IMG/VR virus record: IMGVR_UViG_2663762648_000009 | Direction: 5' to 3' (one strand) | DNA length: 18,052 nucleotides | From: a virus | Lineage: Duplodnaviria > Heunggongvirae > Uroviricota > Caudoviricetes | Program-made: the position numbers and the translations under genes | In this document: positions 14,142 through 18,052 of the stretch, piece by piece | Numbering within the stretch: the stretch's first letter is position 1 | Layout of the letters: each line of letters opens with the position of its first letter | The notes under the pieces: generated by a model | Told to the model about the DNA's origin: nothing | The model's database searches: none | Seen by the model: only the letters and a program-made list of their open reading frames with translations

Positions 14142-14417
14142 GTGGCTTCTGTTTCTATCAGCTGTCCCTCCTGTTCAGCTACTGACGGGGTGGTGCGTAA
14201 CGGCAAAAGCACTGCCGGACATCAGCGCTATCTCTGCTCTCACTGCCGTAAAACATGGCAACTGCAGTTCACTTACACCGCTTCTCAACCCGGTACGCAC
14301 CAGAAAATCATTGATATGGCCATGAATGGCGTTGGATGCCGGGCAACTGCACGCATTATGGGCGTTGGCCTCAACACGATTTTACGTCACTTAAAAAACT
14401 CAGGCCGCAGTCGGTAA
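14142..14417 (+). CDS. insA: IS1 InsA (second copy)
   Basis: Identical 91-aa ORF to 12132..12407. Confidence 0.9.
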
Positions 14418-14839
14418 CCTCGCGCATACAGCCGGGCAGTGACGTCATCGTCTGCGCGGAAATGGACGAACAGTGGGGCTATGTCGGGGCTAAATCGCGC
14501 CAGCGCTGGCTGTTTTACGCGTATGACAGTCTCCGGAAGACGGTTGTTGCGCACGTATTCGGTGAACGCACTATGGCGACGCTGGGGCGTCTTATGAGCC
14601 TGCTGTCACCCTTTGACGTGGTGATATGGATGACGGATGGCTGGCCGCTGTATGAATCCCGCCTGAAGGGAAAGCTGCACGTAATCAGCAAGCGATATAC
14701 GCAGCGAATTGAGCGGCATAACCTGAATCTGAGGCAGCACCTGGCACGGCTGGGACGGAAGTCGCTGTCGTTCTCAAAATCGGTGGAGCTGCATGACAAA
14801 GTCATCGGGCATTATCTGAACATAAAACACTATCAATAA
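14336..14839 (+). CDS. insB: IS1 InsB reading frame (second copy)
   Basis: Identical 167-aa ORF to 12326..12829; ends 6 bp before the truncation point. Confidence 0.85.
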
Positions 14840-14845
14840 GTTGGA

Positions 14846-14912
14846 CGACTGCACCTTCTTCCTTTATTGCCTGTTCGTCCGGAATGGCGGCGCAAATAAA
14901 GACTTTACTCAT
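14846..14912 (-). pseudogene. Orphan 5' fragment of the exonuclease gene (first 22 codons plus upstream region) fused to the IS1 end
   Basis: Sequence equals 11237..11303 (MSKVFICAAIPDEQAIKEEGAV); the reading frame then runs into antisense IS1. Confidence 0.6.
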
Positions 14913-15007
14913 TTTGTTTTAACCTCATTACAGATTTCAGGGTGAACGAATCCCTGCCATTGCTGGCATTTTTAATCCGTTGGTATGGCGTTAATATGGC
15001 TGGCGGG

Positions 15008-15196
15008 TTATCCAGCCGGTATTTCGTTATTCAGGTTCAGCGATACTTTTTTTAACGGGAGGCATTCACCGGGGATTTTTTGTTCGTCCCTTACCTGAAT
15101 GCAGGATGACTTACTGTCATAAATTCCGGTAATCACATTTTGTGGCTCACCCGTTATAAGAAAAACGGTCATCACCAGTGCAAATGCTGAAGTCAC
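15008..15196 (-). CDS. ydfD: YdfD-like small protein (second copy)
   Basis: Identical to 11399..11587. Confidence 0.6.
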   Translation of the reverse strand: MTSAFALVMTVFLITGEPQNVITGIYDSKSSCIQVRDEQKIPGECLPLKKVSLNLNNEIPAG

Positions 15197-15381
15197 TGCT
15201 GTTCTCCGATAATACCAAGTTCAAGAAGGGCAATTCTGGAAAGTATGGAATTATCATTGAGAAGATAAGGTTCATATTTTCTCATCTTAATGGCATCTTC
15301 CGTAAACTCCCGGTTACTGAGCAGAACACCAATATCAAAACAACCTTCAGACGTATTAACGTTTGGTAATAACGTTTCCAT
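15193..15381 (-). CDS. dicB: DicB-like cell division inhibitor (second copy)
   Basis: Identical to 11584..11772. Confidence 0.75.
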   Translation of the reverse strand: METLLPNVNTSEGCFDIGVLLSNREFTEDAIKMRKYEPYLLNDNSILSRIALLELGIIGEQQ

Positions 15382-15555
15382 TATCGCGTCCTCAACAATG
15401 AATTTTGTGATGCGGTGCCTGGTGCCTCCAGGTGACGTTAACCAGTTAACAATTAACGCCGGATACAGAGAATCCACCCATAACACTGTTTTTGGTTTTA
15501 ACTGTTCCGCGTGCGCTCAGCCGCATTCACCACATCACAAAATTCACTTTAAAAA

Positions 15556-15608
15556 GGGCGGCAGAGCAGTCACGGAGTAAAACTGATACCGCCAAACGTC
15601 ACCAGAAA
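15556..15608 (-). ncRNA. dicF: DicF small RNA (copy 3, in the intact operon context)
   Basis: Same 53-nt sequence. This copy keeps the uninterrupted leader back to ydfC (15609..15946), including an upstream stem GTTGTCA ... TGACAAC. Confidence 0.85.
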
Positions 15609-15946
15609 ATTGATAACAGAGGGCGTTGCAGCGGAGTTGTCACTTAAGCGTATGGTCAACCTGACAACCCGGTGTCCTCAACGGAGGAAGGAATAACCCC
15701 GCCATACTTACCGCCGCGCCATTTCGCGGAGTGCCACAACCGGAAGCGCACGGTCGAACTAAATTTAACGACACCGTACAGAGAGACCAATTTCGCCGTG
15801 CGCTTTCGCTTTATGCCCTGACTTTTCAGGGACATATCCTTTCAGTAAACTGTCAGTGCCGGATGTTCACCCGTGTCCGGCGCACGCACTCCACCTGACC
15901 CGTGGAGAACTCCTTAATTACCAACCTTAGCTTCGTTGGTTAGCTA

Positions 15947-16165
15947 TTAACGCGGGTATGTAACCATTCTGGCAATGCTTAATGCCGCTGCTTTTTCCAG
16001 CCTGGTGATATCCTGCTCCAGAGCGGACAGATTTTCAGCCTGCTTAGTCCTGGCTTCATTGGCCCATTTCAGATCCTGCACTGCATTAATTTTCTGGCGC
16101 ATCCACTCATAAAGTTCATCATCGGTATAGTCTGGCGCGATGATGACGGGTTCTCGTTTCTGCAT
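15947..16165 (-). CDS. ydfC: YdfC-like small prophage protein
   Basis: 72 aa (MQKREPVIIAPDYTDDELYEWMRQ...), GAGGA 7 nt upstream of the ATG. Size and position (third gene, upstream of dicF) match Qin ydfC. Confidence 0.65.
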   Translation of the reverse strand: MQKREPVIIAPDYTDDELYEWMRQKINAVQDLKWANEARTKQAENLSALEQDITRLEKAAALSIARMVTYPR

Positions 16166-16194
16166 ACTGATTCCTCGCGGTGCTGTTTCGCTTA

Positions 16195-16323
16195 TCAGCC
16201 GTTAGATTTTGCCGAACTGGAAAGCGCCTGTTTAAATTCGTTGAAGCTGAGAGTTTCTTCGCCTTCGGCAAGACCATCGAAGTATTCTTCGTAAGCCTTT
16301 TCCATGATTGTGTCGAAATCCAT
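16195..16323 (-). CDS. ydfB: YdfB-like small prophage protein
   Basis: 42-aa ORF below the ORF-track cutoff, found by hand: MDFDTIMEKAYEEYFDGLAEGEETLSFNEFKQALSSSAKSNG. ATG 16321..16323 lies 1 nt after the ydfA stop; good codon usage. Size and order match Qin ydfB. Confidence 0.55.
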   Translation of the reverse strand: MDFDTIMEKAYEEYFDGLAEGEETLSFNEFKQALSSSAKSNG

Positions 16324-16324
16324 A

Positions 16325-16480
16325 TCACTCACCTGAGTTTCTTTCCAGCCAGCGACGGGCACCATTTTCGGTTTTAAACGTTTTGCTTTTGGTATACGTC
16401 ATCGCGGTGAACGTACCGTCCTGGTTGGGGAACACGCCACATACCAGAGATTCGCTGTTGCCAAGATCGATAGTATCCAT
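16325..16480 (-). CDS. ydfA: YdfA-like small prophage protein
   Basis: 51 aa from internal ATG 16478..16480 (MDTIDLGNSESLVCGVFPNQDGTFTAMTYTKSKTFKTENGARRWLERNSGE), GAGG 6 nt upstream. The listed 78-aa ORF starts further upstream without an RBS. First gene of the operon, as in Qin. Confidence 0.6.
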   Translation of the reverse strand: MDTIDLGNSESLVCGVFPNQDGTFTAMTYTKSKTFKTENGARRWLERNSGE

Positions 16481-16663
16481 GCTGACCTCATTTCCCCTTA
16501 ACGCCGGGGTAGCGGAACAAAAACCTGCTGCATAGTTATTAAAGTTGAACCCTGCCGTCATGTTCTTACGCCTCGGGCTGGCTATTTAACCCCTGACCAC
16601 TGCCAGGTAACTCGAAGTATTGCCCTGCATTCTGTGGGGCGGGGTGGGTTGGTATGTTGTTAA

Positions 16664-16683
16664 GGTAACAAGAGTTACCTTTC
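16664..16683. promoter_or_regulatory. Perfect palindrome AAGGTAAC-AAGA-GTTACCTT, candidate operator in the early-left promoter region
   Basis: 8-bp perfect inverted repeat with 4-bp spacer, between the repressor terminator and ydfA, adjacent to a TTGACT -35-like hexamer on the minus strand (plus 16685..16690). Related GTAAC/GTTACC half-sites occur in the cI-cro intergenic region (17471..17490). Confidence 0.3.
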
Positions 16684-16720
16684 GAGTCAATACAATGTTG
16701 CAAAAGGTACATTTGAGGGC

Positions 16721-16747
16721 ATAAAAAACCCGCAATGAATGCGGGTT
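16721..16747 (-). terminator. Intrinsic terminator downstream of the repressor gene
   Basis: 8-bp perfect stem (plus 16727..16734 / 16740..16747), 5-nt loop, followed on the minus strand by six T and an A (TTTTTTA); 6 nt after the repressor stop codon. Confidence 0.65.
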
Positions 16748-16752
16748 CTGAC

Positions 16753-17469
16753 TCAGTCTAAGTATTGATGTATTTGTGAAACTTTACCTTTAATGGTGTA
16801 ACCACCATTCAGTTCGATGGGTTTGTAAAGCGGATTCAGTGACAACAGATAGATGTTTGGTCCGTCAATCGCAACTTTTTTTAGTGTTACGTTTGGCGTT
16901 CCTTCCAATTGGATTAAGATTATTTTTCCCACCAGTTCTCTAATGTTACTTGAGCATGGTGTGATCAGCACGGTAGATCCGTTGGGGATGGTTGGGAGGC
17001 CGTTAGAGTTTGTCATCGCATCTCCCTCAACATGCAATAAAAAAGAGTTTTCAGCGGTTTTTGTCATGACATCAACCCAATTCTTAATACCAGGAATCTC
17101 GGTTACTGGACAACTCATATCCCAATAACCAGCCTGTTCCCACGTTAAAACGGGCAACCGGGCGATGTTGTCACTAATGTAAGGGTACTGATTCAGACGC
17201 AGATCATCGGCTTTATCGTGACCGTCCTTTCCATAAAGAATCCATTCAGGAGATTTGGAAAGCAATTTTGACAGTAGATACAAATTCTCACCGTCAGGTT
17301 TTGAAGAGCCATTTTCCCATTTTGTTACGGATACACGAGATATGCCGATTGCTTTCGCAACCTGCTGTTGGGTTAATCCAACGTCTTTTCGACGATTCCG
17401 AATACGTTCGCTGATAGTGTTTTTCATGTAACCAATGTTACTACCAAGTGATGTTGCTATGGTTGACAT
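16753..17469 (-). CDS. CI-like prophage repressor (N-terminal HTH, C-terminal LexA/S24-like domain)
   Basis: 238 aa from ATG 17467..17469 (the listed 257-aa ORF starts at a TTG that overlaps cro). HTH segment LTQQQVAKAIGISRVSVTKWENG; C-terminal region aligns by eye with lambda CI (FLLHVEGDAMT ... VTLKKV ... LLSLNPLYKP). No obvious Shine-Dalgarno, so possibly leaderless as in lambda cI. Confidence 0.85.
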   Translation of the reverse strand: MSTIATSLGSNIGYMKNTISERIRNRRKDVGLTQQQVAKAIGISRVSVTKWENGSSKPDGENLYLLSKLLSKSPEWILYGKDGHDKADDLRLNQYPYISDNIARLPVLTWEQAGYWDMSCPVTEIPGIKNWVDVMTKTAENSFLLHVEGDAMTNSNGLPTIPNGSTVLITPCSSNIRELVGKIILIQLEGTPNVTLKKVAIDGPNIYLLSLNPLYKPIELNGGYTIKGKVSQIHQYLD

Positions 17470-17518
17470 TGTTATGTAACTATTGTTACCCTTCTGCTCG
17501 AAATAACAGGAGAGTTTT

Positions 17519-17734
17519 ATGTTCAAAGATGATGTTCTGCGCTATTTCAAAAAAAAGCGACTAGTAGCTGAGGCTCTTGGAATTTCACATGTGGCTGGTG
17601 TGCGGGGGAAAGCAGTTATTCCCAAACTTCGCGCAATGGAACTGGATGAAATTACTAACAGTGAATTGAAATACAACCCAGAACTTTACAAGAAGCAGGA
17701 TAGCACCTCAAACGAAGGAAAGAATGATTCATGA
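17519..17734 (+). CDS. Cro-like / DicC-like small DNA-binding regulator
   Basis: 71 aa, divergent from the repressor, AGGAG 7 nt upstream of the ATG; stop overlaps the next gene start (ATGA). Pattern LRYF..K..LAEALGI ... RAM.L.E resembles the DicC/YdaS family as recalled. Confidence 0.7.
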   Translation: MFKDDVLRYFKKKRLVAEALGISHVAGVRGKAVIPKLRAMELDEITNSELKYNPELYKKQDSTSNEGKNDS

Positions 17735-18052
17735 AAATCAAGCATGAACACATCCGCATGGCGATGAATGTCTGGGCGCATCCGGACGGCGAAAAAGTAC
17801 CGGCTGCGAAAATTACCAAAGCGTATTTCGAGCTGGGAATGACGTTCCCGGAACTGTATGACGACAGCCATCCGGAAGCCCTGGCCCGTAATACCCAGAA
17901 AATTTTCCGCTGGGTAGAGAAAGACACCCCTGATGCAGTTGAAAAAATTCAGGCGTTGTTACCAGCGATCGAAAAGGCAATGCCACCTTTGCTGGTGGCC
18001 AGAATGCGCAGCCACAGTTCAGCTTATTTTCGGGAGCTGGTGGAGACGCGGG
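17731..18052 (+). CDS. YdaT-like prophage immunity-region protein (partial, runs off the window end)
   Basis: Open frame from ATG 17731 to the window edge (MKIKHEHIRMAMNVWAHPDGEKVPAAKITKAYFELGMTFPELYDD...), translationally coupled to the Cro-like gene. Absent from the ORF track because no stop lies within the window. Family name from position and recalled similarity. Confidence 0.55.
   Translation, partial: MKIKHEHIRMAMNVWAHPDGEKVPAAKITKAYFELGMTFPELYDDSHPEALARNTQKIFRWVEKDTPDAVEKIQALLPAIEKAMPPLLVARMRSHSSAYFRELVETR

Larger units (their letters stand above)
14087..14845 (+). mobile_element. IS1 insertion sequence, second direct copy, right inverted repeat truncated by 9 bp
   Basis: Identical to copy 1 through ...TATCAATAAGTTGGA, then joins CGACTGCACC (exo 5' region) instead of GTCATTACC. 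Left flank interrupts a plus-strand ORF. No target-site duplication. Confidence 0.9.
14846..15685. repeat. 840-bp segment, copy 2 of the exact direct duplication (exo start fragment, ydfD, dicB, dicF)
   Basis: Identical to 11237..12076. Left boundary abuts the truncated IS1 end. Right boundary continues into the ydfC-proximal leader, where copy 1 is interrupted by IS1. Confidence 0.9.

Noticed and set aside
16119-16377. ORFs 16119..16328 (-) and 16180..16377 (+)
   Set aside because: Overlap the hand-identified 42-aa ydfB-like gene and the ydfA/ydfC genes in alternative frames; the ydfA-ydfB-ydfC arrangement with coupled start/stop codons explains the region better.
16753-17526. Longer 257-aa version of the repressor ORF starting at 17526
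   Set aside because: Its first codon is TTG and it overlaps the divergent cro-like gene start; the internal ATG at 17469 gives a repressor of conventional size with the HTH near the N-terminus.

Overview
This window looks like the Escherichia coli chromosome at the yeeJ-asnT-mtfA-serU locus, with a lambdoid (Qin-like) prophage integrated beside tRNA-Ser(CGA); no novel multi-gene system was found. All identifications are by eye from the sequence and recalled family knowledge, with no searches run. Left third (67..6022, minus): a large inverse-autotransporter adhesin gene (LysM + Ig-like repeats), broken by an in-frame TAA and a frameshift. Then tRNA-Asn (minus, with promoter and terminator), mtfA (minus) and tRNA-Ser (plus). 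Prophage genes follow on the minus strand: tyrosine integrase, a small Xis-like gene, an 823-aa exonuclease, and a dicBF-type early-left operon (ydfA, ydfB, ydfC, DicF sRNA, dicB, ydfD homologues). A CI-like repressor, a divergent Cro/DicC-like gene and a partial YdaT-like gene sit at the right edge. The operon is rearranged: two direct IS1 copies (the second lacking its outer 9 bp, neither with target-site duplications), an exact 840-bp duplication carrying ydfD-dicB-dicF plus the first 22 codons of the exonuclease gene, and a third dicF copy followed by an IS1-truncated Rha-family gene. No CRISPR array or rRNA is present. The most interesting points are the dicF triplication with the IS1 rearrangement and a CI-like repressor with Ala where the autocleavage serine is expected.
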